From Octopus sinensis (taxonomy: Eukaryota): 64,000 nucleotides of DNA. Numbering within the stretch: position 1 is the stretch's first letter; the number at the start of each line of letters is the position of its first letter. Shown piece after piece: positions 11,063 to 24,095 of this stretch. The position numbers and the translations under genes are program-made. The stretch is taken from the NCBI RefSeq assembly GCF_006345805.1, contig NC_043001.1:100440001-100504000 (forward strand), in the 5' to 3' direction. The notes beneath the pieces were generated by a model, which was given only the letters and a program-made list of their open reading frames with translations, searched no databases and had not been told where the DNA came from.

Positions 11063-12204
11063 ACAGTTAGCCCTACAGAGAGGGAGCTCAGTCAGTTTCT
11101 GTGGAAGCATACTGAATCCATAGATTTGTCATGAATGGGAACAAAGAGCCAACATGAAATCTTGCATTAAACTTCAGACATTTGCTGCAGAGACATTGAG
11201 AATGCTTCAGCAAGCTTACGGTAATGAGGCAATGGGTCATATGCAATGTTTTGAGAGGTACAGAAATTAATTAGCACCCTTGATTTGCTCTTCACTCAAG
11301 GTATGTGCTGTCACCTAGTGGCCATATCTCGAACTATTGCTTTGTTGCAAGTTCACTGTTGCGCAGAACGATGACGTAACTTTGTTTGCAGAGCAGTTTG
11401 AGAGTCTACAGCCTTATGATGTTGACATAGCAGTGCAACAACAACTTGGAGTGCGGATGCAGACAAATCTTCCTTTGTTTAATAGATATAGGTAGCGCCT
11501 CGCAAGGACCGAAATCACACCATACTAAGTTTTCACATCGCGTAAGACGTTTTGAACAGCTCATAGGTTAATTGATTTAACCTATTTAATGTAGAAATTT
11601 GAGAAGTGCTAATTAATTTCTGACGCAAGTGTATGCTTCATAAGCAGAAGAGCAACCCTGGAAGATGATGAGTGACCTGAAAGACCTGCCACAAGGGTCA
11701 ACCCCAGAAATGTGGTATTGTGCAGGCCATCGATCGAGAGTTCTTCTGTGACATTTTGAAGTGTTTGAGGGAGGACATTTGGCGAAAGCAACTGGATCTG
11801 TGGCTCCTGAAGAATTTAATTCTTCATGACAACCATGCAGCCTGTCACTGAGCTCACTTCACTTGTGAGTTTCTTATCAAAAGCAATGGGGTATCACTTC
11901 CCTACCCACGCTGTTCACCAGATTTAGCACCTGCTAACCTCCATCTCTTCCCTAAGATGAAAATGCAGCTCAAAGGTTGCCATTTTAACACCGTTGTTGG
12001 GATCCAGAGCTAATTGCAGAAGGGCCTCAATTCACTTACGGAAAACGACTTCCAGGATGGATTCAAAAGTGGCAGGAATACTGAGACCAGTGTATTGCCA
12101 TGCAAGGTGATTATTTCGAAGGAGACAATGTTAAAACATAGGTAAATGAATTTTTTTTTTTATTAAACATACCTAATCTGGGAACATTTTGATATTACCG
12201 TGTA
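11063..12204 (+). mobile_element. Mariner transposon, internally deleted pseudogene
   Basis: EQRANMKSCIKL..AAETLRMLQQAYGNEAM..., then TLEDDE*PERP, LILHDNHAACH, YPRCSPDLAPANLHLFPKMK and QCIAMQGDYFEGD, which match mariner HTH, HDNA and YSPDLAP motifs. Ends in a TIR-like ...TTTTGATATTACCGTGTA. The 5' boundary is uncertain. Confidence 0.85.
11259..11633. mobile_element. Tc1/mariner-type non-autonomous element nested in the mariner
   Basis: Perfect 17-bp inverted repeat CAGAAATTAATTAGCAC (11261-11277) / GTGCTAATTAATTTCTG (11606-11622), with TA at both ends. The host mariner reading resumes right after it. Confidence 0.7.
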
Positions 12205-13847
12205 TATCAGGAACAGCTTCTCTTTATTTAAAATTGGATGATTTATTGGAAGGTTAAACACATTATCAGGAAGCACTTTAATGAGTTCAGAGAATTCTCA
12301 GAATGAAATAAAATGCATTTAATAAGTCTTTTTCTGGAGCAAAGAGTTGTATTATTTCATTGACGTCAATTCTCTACACAAGTTCATTCGCACAGTGAAA
12401 AAATGTTTGGTTATTCAGACTTGCCTGCAACATTGTTCTCCTCAAATACTTCTTGATGAGATTTCAGTGGCAGAAAGACCTCTGAAGATGCTACAGTAAT
12501 TGGAATGGGGTAGAATATTCATTGCACAACATATACACTGGCAAAAAATCTCATCTAACAAGTACGTTTTTATTGTATTTAAAAGCTGATATCTTCATCA
12601 AAGACTCACATCCATTTTCTCTTTTATGAATTCTGGAGATCATTGTGAGTATTTGTACCATAATGTGGTTGCAAGGATGAGTTCCTGTCCTGTTATGCTT
12701 CAATATTGACACACAAACCATAAAACATTTGTTGTCATTGTCAGCCATTTTGCCATTTTGCCAATCAACAAAAAGACGTATTTGAATTTAGATTCATAAT
12801 CCTTGAAACCTTCACAAAGATTTTCTTATCTATCTTATGTATGAGATGTTTGTGTGTGTGTGTGTGTGTGTGTGGAAGGTAGGGTGTATGTAATTCAAGC
12901 TGCAATTAGTAATTAATTTTCAATTTAAATTTTAATCAATTTATAATGTAACTTATTAAGGGACTAAAATAGGCTCCTCATCTTTCAGATCCCATTTCAT
13001 TCACGATCTTCTCCCATATTCTTAGCAGTGAAGATGACAGAATGTCAGCCACATCCCCAGTTGAACAGTTATTGGCTGAAATCCCCAGTATGAAGCCATT
13101 GCTTTTAGGTTTATCACTTAAATTCCATTAAAGAATATATTCGTGTGTGTGTGTTCTTTGTAACATAAGGCAATAAAGTGCTCCCAGTGATTTGCCATGC
13201 TTAAGCATCCAGTTGCACTTAGAAAATGAAATACTGAGTTCCAGACAAGCACAAAAGCAGAATGAACATCATAAACACAAATGATATAAACTTGTGTTTA
13301 TTAAAATGTCTTCTTCATTTGCTCTGCATATCATAACTAACAATGCTATTAAGTATAATAATAGCTTATACACTATACTGAAAACAGACTGGAAGAAGAT
13401 AATCTACATAGAGCTCTAAGCTTAACAATAGCAGTCATACATCTATTTGTGCAAACAAGGTTCACTATAAAAGAAGAACGCAAATGGCATTCAAAAATTT
13501 ACTACAGCTGTTTCAGTAGAATATGTACAAATTGCATGATAGCATAAATCCACCATCCTCAGACAAAATTTTAAACAAATATAAACAAAGTGAAACCTTG
13601 CTGATAATCTATTCAACAACCAGCATGATGAATAAGTAATATTTGGAAAAAGGACAATTGAATTTATTGTAGAAACAGAGAAGAAGTATAATGGACATTC
13701 TATGAGAGAAGAGGTCAAAACAACCTTATTAATTCAAACAGTTATGTTAATTAGTTTACAGCCATTATCCACTGGGAAGAAGTGCCAGGAAGCAGACTGG
13801 ACAGTGAAAGCCTTTCTAGGAAGATATCTCTCACACATGTATTCAGT

Positions 13848-13911
<64 letters not shown>

Positions 13912-14540
13912 AGCAAATATGTCTGACCTACTGAATGACAAACTCCTTAACTTAGCATGCAAAGTAACTGAGTATTCCAAACACATTTGTACTCTTAACA
14001 TATTTCTCTTTCTCTCTCTCTTTCTCTTGCTTGCTCGCTCACACACACACATGCACACACGATGACAGCTTCTCTGTCAGTTTTTGATGGTAAATATTCA
14101 CTCTTTCAGTCACGTATTTACTCGTTAGTTTGATGTGTAAACATCTGAGTATTTCACAGCTGTGAGAAATTATAACGAGAGTCTCCCTCTGAATTAGAAT
14201 AACAAATTACACAACACTGAATGAACCTTTCAGTTATAGATATAGGCCAATAATGGGATTCCACACAGTTTCTGTCTATCAAATTTAATTTGCAAAAGTA
14301 TTGGCTTGATTGAAAACTAAGGTAAAAGCTTAAGATGGCACACAACAGGATCAAATCCATGGCATCCTGATTCTTAAGTGAATTTCATATGCATCTAGCC
14401 ATGCCTACATTCATGAAATACACATGAATGCCTGTGGATTGGTGCTTGTTTATCTGTCTATCTATTTATCTACCTGTCCGTCTGTCTGTTGCTCCCTCTC
14501 CCTCTCTCTTTCTCTCTTCATATATATATATATATATATC

Positions 14541-14725
14541 GGTGGCACGTAAAAAGCACCCACTACACTCATGGAGTGGTTGGCGTTAGGAAGGGCATCC
14601 AGCCGTAGAAACATTGCCAGATCAGACTGGGCCTGGTGCAGCCTTCTGGCTTCCCAGACCCCAGTTGCACGTCCAACCCATGCCAGCATGGAAAGCGGAC
14701 GCTAAACGATGATGATGATGATGGT
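14541..14725 (+). mobile_element. RTE 3' tail, well preserved
   Basis: GGTGGCACGTAAAAAGCACCC...GGCGTTAGGAAGGGCATCCAGCCGTAGAAAC...CCAACCCATGCCAGCATGGAAAGCGGACGCTAAAC(GAT)n. Confidence 0.85.
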
Positions 14726-15121
14726 GATATATACATATACCTCATTACGATGCCTTTTCTATGCATGCCAAATAGCAAATTGCATCAGAGCTTAATATAG
14801 TTCACTGTATTAAATTGTTACAGTGTTATATTGACAATGAGTATAGGTTATGACATAAACAAAGAAAAAAATATATGAGAAAGAAAAGCAGAAAAAACAC
14901 TGATATTAATTCCTGTCACTGTTTCAATAATTTTTACATCATTATGCTATTACGTAAAATGTAAGATGTTGTTGAGATTTCAGTGAAGGAGCCTTGGATC
15001 TAGGTTAGAAACCAGTTCTTTCTCGATTGGCAAGAAATCTTGAAATAAATCTGAATGACGTACTTATATATTTGCATGCATATGTATGTGTGTCGTGTGT
15101 GTGCATGTGCATGCGCGTGTG

Positions 15122-15163
<42 letters not shown>

Positions 15164-17236
15164 ATATGCCAGAAACCGGAATCTATTATTCAATTGTGAC
15201 TGTGTTGTTAGAGTTAATATATTGATGCTATTTTCTACGAGACTTAAATATCATATAGTTTTGTTTCATGAGGCTTCATTTCTGTGAGAGGAATTAATAT
15301 TCCATATTTTTAATAAACCATTTCTTCTTCACTGAGGCCAGCATATTAAGCAGGCATGCTTTGTTCCATAGGCCATTATTATGAGGGTCATTGCTCCAAG
15401 CCATAGACTTTAATAAAGTATTTAGAACAACAAGAATGCAACAAGGCAATGAGGGACCTCTGTTCAGTCAGGTAGAATAGCAATCGAATTTTCCGAAATT
15501 CTCACTTCTCCCTTTTCAACAAATGAGTTATATTATAATGTAATCCTAAATCTGAGTAGAATTTGGGATTAGCCATGGAGTATATTTTTATCAGAACATG
15601 TGTTATGAGAGATTTTCTCTGTCACAACTGATTTGATTCTAAAGAGAAACAAAAGTAGGAATCAAATCTAAACTTTTATATTCTGATTACATTCTTTGTG
15701 TTAACTTCAAAAGAAAGTCAACTGACTGACCTTTTGGAAGAATCTATTGGTCATTTCAATGTTGTGAGAGTTCCTTATGTAATCTAATTTCAACAGCAGC
15801 ATATGTTTATTTTTGACAAACATTCAAGACTTTTGATTGAATGGTGCACAGTTGCTTGAAATTAATTTTAAAAGCTCATTCTTCATTTATTTCTAAGCTA
15901 TTATCCTGGGCAATTTTAGAGAGTGAAGTGTGTTTTAAAAAATACTTTAGTGCTAATGGGTTGGAACATACCTGAATGGAAGGCAAACAGTAGTTTCTAA
16001 CAGACATTTCCCATTAATAATATTTTAACCCATTGCTGCTACAAAGCAGTCTACCATGCTACAATTATTTTTCACCTGGTTTGTTGAATTGACAAAAAAA
16101 AAAAAAAAAAAATAGGAGAATGAAAAAAATAAACTTTGACTTCAATTTCTATGGAGACTCAAATGTAACCAGCTCCAACTATTATTACATTAATCACATT
16201 TCAAAAATTACTATCTTTAGCAACCCAGCATCATTAGTTTGAAAAATTGAGAAGTAGTGAAGAATTACAGCATACAAAAATATAGATTATTTACATATAT
16301 TCTCTGCTTCTAATATCCAGTTGCTTCCTTAGCTTGACTGAACACTTTCTGCTGCATTACCCCTGAGGATCCTGGAAAATAATATATTACTTATTCCTCT
16401 CTGTCGCACCAGATCTTCCCTGGTTTTGAGAAGATTCCACTTCACAAGGACAAGTACATAAGATATCATCTATGTTGAACATAAAATAGTTCTGCTTGGT
16501 CTAATTATTTATTCAGACATCTTAATATCTCTTCATTGGATTAAATGGTGGTAATATTTGGGGATACATTTTCACTCAGGGATTTCATGTTGTTTCAAGC
16601 TTCATCAATTCAGAGCAGTTTCTTTTCTTACTGGAATGGTTCTTTGACAGGCAAATGTTCTGAGGCATATGCTTCAACACCTCAAAAATGGCAAAATCTT
16701 AAAATTGTCAATCCTTAAAAACGGAAATACCATTCTATATGTGAATTCAAAGTTATGGATGAAGAAATAGTTCTTTTATTTGCAGCTTTGGTTATGGTCT
16801 TTGGGCTGAGGGGAAGAATTTCAAAAATTAGCCTTGAGCTGGAATGCATAACAATGGAATTTAAAAAGAATTTGTTCACAATAGAATTTAAAAGACATTT
16901 ACTCACCGTAGGCATCAAGTATCATTTCCATTATTTATATGTAAAAGGTGGTGCCATAATCTTCAAGTTGGCCTTAGGGCTGATGAGTTTTCTGTTTACT
17001 TAATGTTAGTGGTCATGTGCTTTGAGAAAGGAAGGAGCTGAATCTCGGAAAAATGAAAAAAACTTTGCATCAGTAAAGTTTGATTGAAACTAAAACATTA
17101 TTACAATAACGTTGATAAAATTGCTGCGATCATTGAAGGAGGAGAAATGATTACTGCAATAAGCAAAAGATAAAGGATTCTGGCTAATATGTGGGATATT
17201 TTCATAGAGATTGACTGGTAGATATTGAGATGTGAC

Positions 17237-17276
<40 letters not shown>

Positions 17277-17339
17277 TAATAATAATAATAATAATAATCA
17301 TGAAATTCCCACTAAGAGTTTTGTGAAGTTTTTACCAGC

Positions 17340-17640
17340 TTCAAATAGATCAAGTGCAAGAGCATAAGAGACTGGAGCTAGTGGTGGTCGACAAGATGCA
17401 CCACATGTGTTATACAGTTGATGTTGCATGCCCCTTTGACCCATGAATTGTCAAGAAGGAAGGCAAAAAGATAGACAGATACAACTGCATTAAGTACAAA
17501 ATAGCCCAGCTATGGAAAATGAAGAAAATAAAGATAGTGCCAATTATAGTTGGGTCCTTGGGAATAGTATCAGAAGGCATCAAGGGGAATATAAAGGAAA
17601 TTGGAATAGAGTGCCCAGTAGAACTGTTACAAAAGGTTTT
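17340..17640 (+). mobile_element. R4/Dong-type RLE endonuclease fragment
   Basis: Translates EHKRLELVVVDK...TVDVACPFDP*..KEGKKIDRY..IKYKIAQLWKMKKIKIVPIIVGSLG...LLQKV. Confidence 0.8.
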
Positions 17641-17817
17641 AAAACAAATACATAATTTTCTTGTGTTCTTAAATATTCTCTAGAACAATGCTGTGTTCAA
17701 AACCAAATATATGACACCCTAGGCATAACACCAACATGAACTTCTAACTTGTTGTCTCTTGAGGTCTCTGGATGAGACTTGGAGTCAACTTGTACAAATA
17801 CAAAGCAAAAGTCAAAC

Positions 17818-17818
<1 letters not shown>

Positions 17819-17892
<74 letters not shown>

Positions 17893-17896
17893 TAAC

Positions 17897-17977
<81 letters not shown>
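17819..17977. repeat. (TAA)n microsatellite
   Basis: Directly visible. Confidence 0.97.
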
Positions 17978-17978
<1 letters not shown>

Positions 17979-18532
17979 CCCTGATGCAGTACCAGGCAGT
18001 GGCTCTCATGGCTTCTGATCTTAACTGATTGGAAGTGTTATCATGTACATTGTTTTGTCTTGGTATAAAAGATGGGCTACAGCAAATATTCTGCTCAATA
18101 CCACAGATTTGCTTGTCAGTTGTTTAACCTTAACCAGTTGAGCATGTCCCTTAGTGGCTGACGATATGTGCATCTCTGATCACGAGCAGAAGTAGTGGGG
18201 GAGCATCATAGCCATGTGTTGAGAGGGATTCTTTGCGGTTTGAATAATTCACCTCTGGAAACATGGGTGGTTCTTTCAACATCCTTAAATAACCCTTATT
18301 TAGGGACCATTTTGAGCGGGATGGGCTACTCAACCTGAAGAAATTTTGAACTGGGCCCCACCTGCAAGGTCATGTGCTGTTTATCTTGATATGAGATCAC
18401 CATGTCGCGCACGTATGGTTGTGATGCATGTGCCTGGTGTACCCTTATCAGATGGGTAGTCATGATGGGTATATTGGGCTTTGTATATTTTACCCCAGTG
18501 TCACTTTGATGGCATGAACTGCTCTCTCACTC
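17978..18532. mobile_element. Non-coding 555-bp insert bounded by (AAT)n on both sides; probable non-autonomous (TAA)n-targeting element
   Basis: Sharp transitions to (AAT)n at both ends, higher GC than the flanks, no meaningful ORF, and embedded among Dong-like elements. Confidence 0.5.
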
Positions 18533-18551
18533 AATAATAATAATAATAATA

Positions 18552-19935
18552 GTTCCAGTTGTTACTTATAGCTACAATGTGTTGAACTGGAATATGAGTG
18601 AAGTAAAGAATATAGATAGAAAAATACGCAAGCTGCTGAGTTGTAATAGGATGCACCACCCAAAGGCAGACGTAGATCGCCTTTACCTTCCCAGAGCCCA
18701 AGGAGGTCGAGGCCTGATCCAATTTGAACTAGCTTACAAAACAACCACAATTGGACTGGCCAAATATCTCAAAATATCGAATGACTGGATGCTAAAGCTC
18801 GTGGAAAATCACGAGAGACGAAAGAAGCTTCATTCTATCATAAAAGAAAGCAAAAAATTTGCTATTGATCTCATGCAGGATACCCAAACTGAACAACCCG
18901 AGGGAAGTACGGCAACTATTGTTGCAAAGAAGGTGAAAATGATGGCAATGAAGAAAGCGCACAAGCAATTGGCTGATAGGTGGGAGGAGAAACCTCTGCA
19001 TGGCAAATATGTGACCCGCAGCAAACAAGCTGATGTTGACCAGAAGCAAACCCATCAGTGGCTACGGAGCTCAGGGCTAAAAGCAGAGAGCGAAGGTTTC
19101 ATCCTGGCTGCTCAAGATCAAAGCCTATTAACCCGGAACTACCAGGCCAATGTGATGAAAAATGGAGCAGACCCAAAATGCCAATTCTGCAACGACATGA
19201 TCGAAACAGTGGACCACCTAATCTCTGGATGTAAAGTCTTAGCACCAGTGGAGTATAAATTAAGACATGACAGAGTTGGCCAATATCTCCACTGGCTAAT
19301 AAGTTGGCATTACAATATCAAAACTGCCGACAAGTGGTATAATCACCACCCTGAGGCTGTAACTGAAGGAGAAAATGTAACCATTTTGTGGGACTTTCCA
19401 GTACATACAGACCGAACCATCAAGGCCAATAAACCAGATATTGTTGTGAAAGACCAAAACAATAAAGTTTGCTTATTGATCGGCATGAGCATCCCCTGTG
19501 ATCATAATATCTCAGCGAAAGAGTTTGACAAGCTCAGAAAATATAAAGGCCTACTCATTGAAATTGAGAAAATGTGGCATCTCAAGGCAGTTACAATACC
19601 AGTGATCGTAGGAGCACTAGGAATGATCAAGAAGGGAACCGAAAATTATATGAGAATGATCCCTGGCTTACCATCCCTGCAAGAAGTGCAAAAGATTGTC
19701 TCAACTGGTACCTCATACGTATTGAGAAGAGCATTGTCGATGTGAGAACTGTTGCTGCTCATGTATTTTAATTTAACTTTAAAAAAAAAAAAAAAAATGA
19801 ACGAACTAGTGAGTTTGGTTTAATGGCCTACCAATGTATACTATGAGTTTCTTTGCCCTAGGAGTCGGGAAGACACTTGGCAAGAAATGGAAGCAAATTT
19901 GAAAGAAGAAAAAAAAAGTAATAATAATAATAATA
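18552..19935 (+). mobile_element. 5'-truncated R4/Dong-clade non-LTR retrotransposon with an uninterrupted C-terminal ORF (18579-19745)
   Basis: HPKADVDRLYLPRAQGGRGL, AAQDQSLLTRNY, CCHC knuckle CQFC..ETVDHLISGC, RHD, and RLE motif WDF...KPDIVV...LIGMSIP...K..KY. 3' UTR ends in an A-rich run plus (TAA)n, and (TAA)n also lies 5'. Confidence 0.92.
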
Positions 19936-19989
19936 TATGAGTAACAAAATTCAGTGCTTGATTAAAAAAGGGTCAATTAAAAAGGGAAA

Positions 19990-20775
19990 CAGTCATCTCT
20001 CTTGCACACTACATCTGATGCTTCTTAGGTCCAACTTTTCTCTCAAGGTACTTACACTCTGTTGAGTATGCAAACTGACATTATACATCCATCGGAGCAT
20101 ACTGGCTTCAATCCTTGTGAGCTTACGCATGTCCTCAGCAGTCATGGCCCATGTTTCACTGCCATGTAGCATGGCTGTTCATACACATGCGTTATACAGT
20201 CTACCTTTTACTCTGAGCGAGAGGCCCTTTGTCACCAGCAGAGGTAAGAGCTCTTTGAACTTTGCCCAGGCTATTCTTACTCTAGCAGTTACACTTTCAG
20301 TGCACCCTCCCTGCTACTGACTTGGTCCTCTAGGTAATGGAAGCTATCAACTACTTCTAGTTTTTCTCCCTGGAATGTAACAGAAGTTGTTCTCTGCGCA
20401 TTTTCAGTGTTTATTGCTCCTGAGCATCTGCCACATACAAAAGCTATCTTCCCAGTTAGCCTTCCTTTGATATTGTTGCACTTCTTATGTGTCCATAGCT
20501 TACACTGGGTACATCTTTTAGAGTTTCTACCTAAGCCTTTTCTACAGATCGAGCAGGGCCATCTACCTGAAGGGATTTGTGGTTTGTCTGCCTTCCTACT
20601 TATTAAGACTTTGGTTTTAGCTAGGTTGACTCTAAGGCCCTTCGATTCTAATCCTTGCTTCCACACCTGAAACTTCGCCTCTAGTTTTGATAGTGACTCA
20701 GCAATTAGAGCAAGGTCATCAGCATAGAGGAGCTCCCAGGGGCATCCAGTCTTGAATTCCTCTGTTATTGCCTGC
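19990..20775 (-). mobile_element. RTE-clade LINE RT fragment with a Cys/His-rich insertion
   Basis: GCPWELLYADDLALIAES, GLRVNLAKTKVL, then CSIC..CTQC...H..C...CGRC, LEVVDSFHYL, and further on KGRLYNACV..AMLHGSETWA. Confidence 0.88.
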
Positions 20776-20819
20776 GATGAATTTCTCTGTTATTATCATT
20801 GTTGTTGTTGTTATTCAGT

Positions 20820-21330
20820 TGACATATTTATATTGCATACTATCACTGCACGACCAATCACAACCCTGTGTGGCTTGCATGTATTCAGTGCTTTGTTATT
20901 CTATAACAGACCCTACCACTAAGTATTTGTGGCAGATATAACCTTTCACTATCAGACTTTTCTATTTATTATTTTTCTTGTCTAGTCTAACTTGTTGGTT
21001 TAGTGTCCAGTTGAGAATATTTAAGCAGTAAATTATTACTGGTACAGCTAGAGTATTGATGCCTATTACCTTATTTTTTGCATATGCCTCTGTTTTAAGT
21101 ATTATAATCTTTTCTTTAATGTATGTGTGTAGTGACTGTGTAGTTTATTGCTTCCTAAGCATTTCTCTGTCTAATTCTCTTATTTCACTTTCTTTATCTT
21201 GTGTGGTATTAGTTTTCTTAATTAATTCTTCTCTCTTCAAAGTCACTTTGGTGCATTTTTCTAAGCTGACTCTTATATTTCTTTCTTTGATAAATCTATG
21301 TTCTGCCTGTAGTAATATGTTTCAAGTTAC
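20820..21330 (-). mobile_element. Decayed R4/Dong-type fragment
   Basis: Minus strand gives ILKTEAYAKNKVIGINTLAVPVIIYCLNILNW, homologous to the region just upstream of the 18579 ORF. Confidence 0.6.
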
Positions 21331-21439
21331 TTAGAGCTTGCAACAGACAACTAGAGGTCGTCCATACATAAAAGTTGGTTAATTGTCTTGCTTCATTATT
21401 ATCATTATTACTATTATTTCATATACGCACAACAGATTG

Positions 21440-21562
21440 AACCGTTGGAAAAGAAAAATTCTTAACATTGGTCTACAACAAGTAACCTTCAATCCCAAGA
21501 ACCTTCCTACGTATCCTAGCTGTCCCAAATAACACTGTCTTCTGGAGCTGCACTAAACTGGG
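21440..21562 (-). mobile_element. RLE element extreme 3' end fragment
   Basis: Minus strand gives LVQLQKTVLFGTARIRRKVLG, the typical terminal peptide of these ORFs. Confidence 0.6.
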
Positions 21563-21566
<4 letters not shown>

Positions 21567-21618
<52 letters not shown>

Positions 21619-21680
21619 TATTATTATTATAATAATAATAATAATTATTATTATTATTATTATTTATTATTATTATTATT

Positions 21681-21756
<76 letters not shown>

Positions 21757-21760
21757 CATT
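21567..21760. repeat. (TTA)n microsatellite
   Basis: Directly visible. It abuts the 3' end of the element at 21761. Confidence 0.95.
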
Positions 21761-24095
21761 ACCTTTGCACAGCTTCTAACACTGGAGATGTACTACAGTG
21801 TCACCTGTTCTCTACCAGTGAACTAAGGTAACACTTCTTATTTTTCGAGCACCTTCTGAAGTATTCGGGTGATTCCAAGCAGTACTGTTTTCTGCAAGTG
21901 CTCCACCCTTATTGCAGCCCCTATTTGTTCCATGTACTTCTCAAGACTTTTGCTCACTGTTCAAATTGCTCCGACAATCATTGGTACTACTGCTACCTTT
22001 TTCATCGACCACAACTGCTTAACTTCCCAAGCTAACCTGTCATATCTCTCAACTTTACTTTCTTCCTTATCACATACCTTGTTGTCAGCTGGGCATGCTA
22101 TGTCTATGATCCAGCATAGCTTGTTTTCTTTCTCAATTAAGACTATGTCCGACTTCCTATTCTCTATCTCATGGTCGCACTGAATCATAAAATCCCACAG
22201 GATCTTTGCATTTCTATTTTCGACGATGCCTTCAGGTTTGTGGCCATACCAATTTTTTGCTCTGTCAAGTCCATACTTGTTGCAGAGTGTCCAATGGACA
22301 ATCCTTGCTATATTGTCATGACATCTCTTATATTCCTTCTGGGCTAGAGGCATACATTGGCTGGTAATATGCCATATGGTTTCACCATTTTGCCCACAGA
22401 TTCTACACATATCACTTTCTGATGTGTTGTCTATTCTGTATTTTATGTAGTTTGTTCTTAGCGCTTGCTCTTGGGCAGCACAGATTAGAGCCTCCGTTTC
22501 CGGTTTTAAATCACTTTTAGTCATCCACAGCCATCTTTTTACTCCGTCTGTCTTATCTTCAACATCCCTATGAAATTGACCATGCATTCTTTTCTTTATC
22601 CACCTATTTTCAGTTTCATCCATCCTCAAGTGCTTGTACAGTGCTTTATCTTTGTAATCTTTCAGCCTACACAAGCCTGACCTTTCTACCTCTAAAAATA
22701 GCAGTTCTGTGGCATTTTTTACATTCCATGTTATGTTGTTTTCTCCTGCTCTAATGCTGTGGTCACATCCAATAAGTCCTCTTCCCCCTCTTTTTCTTGG
22801 TACATACAGTCTGTCTGCATCACTTTTTGGGTGGAGTGTCCCATATCTTGTTAGCAACTTCCTTGTCTTTCTAAGCTGTTTAGTTTGTCTACTGTCCATG
22901 CAATTACTCCTGCTCCATATCTAAGGAGTGAAACTGCCCAGGTGCTGATAGCTTTGATCTTATTTCGTCTGTTTAATTTCAAATTAAGGATCAGTCTCAG
23001 TCAGTGCAAGTACTCCACATTAAATTATTCTGACATTTCTTTCTCCATCAATTTATCCATTTCCAAAATCCCCAAGTACTTATAGCCTGTCTCTTCTATC
23101 TGCTTCATAACCTCCCCCAGTGGTATTGTTAGCCTGTCCATACATTTGATTTTGCCTCTTTTCAATACTAACACACCACACTTTCTCAGTCTGGACTCCA
23201 TTCTGATATCAGCATTGGAAGTATACACCGTATCAATGAGGGAACTGACTTGGACTTCATCTTAACCATATAGTCTGAGGTCATCCATGAATAACAAATG
23301 TGTTGACTTTTTGCTGGTGGCTTTTGAATACATACCCAGCTTTTGCTTTCCTCAGAATCAGTGTTAGTTGTATCAAGCACAGTACAAAGATCAGTGGGGA
23401 CAGGCAGTCCCCATGGAAAATGCCCCTCCTAATTTCTACTGTCCCTAAACTTCTTCCTTATGCTGTCAGGTCCATCCTCCAATTTGCCATACTTTTTCCA
23501 AGCAATTACTCAACATTCGATGCAATACCAAATAGGTTCATACACTCCATAATCCAAGAATGTGGGATCATATCGTACTCCTTAAGATAGTCGATCCATG
23601 ACAAGGTTAAGCTACTTTTCCTCCTCTAGCAGTCTCTGAGTAGAGTTTTATCTATCAGGAGTTGATCCTTGGTACCCCTGCACTTACACTTGCAACCCTT
23701 CTGCTCATGTGGCAGGACTCCATTTCTTTCTAGATGTTCGTACATTGACTCTGCAAGTATTTCAGTTAATAACTTCCACATAAGTGGCAAAAAGGATATT
23801 GACCTGTAATTGTCTACCATATTGCCTTTTTTGATGTCTTTCAGGGGCAGCACTGTCCTACCCATTGTCAACCACTCTGGTGTCATTTGGTCGGTATTTA
23901 ACAAGGTGTTGAGTTGCACTGCTATTTTGATTCAGTAGCCTTGAACTCCATCTGGTCCCAGGGCCTTCCAGCTGCTCATTTTTTTTGCTGATTTCCTTCA
24001 CTTCCCTAACTGAAATGACTAGTTCTGCCTGTTTTGGACAGACTACTGCTTGTTTCAGTTCTTGCAACCATTCAGCATCCTCAACTTTGTATCTC
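21761..24095 (-). mobile_element. R4/Dong-clade non-LTR retrotransposon, 5'-truncated and frameshifted (RT, CCHC, RLE)
   Basis: [32 protein letters not shown]...[53 protein letters not shown]...HITSQC, KSDIVLIEK...IIDIACP. The 3' end abuts (TAA)n. Confidence 0.92.
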
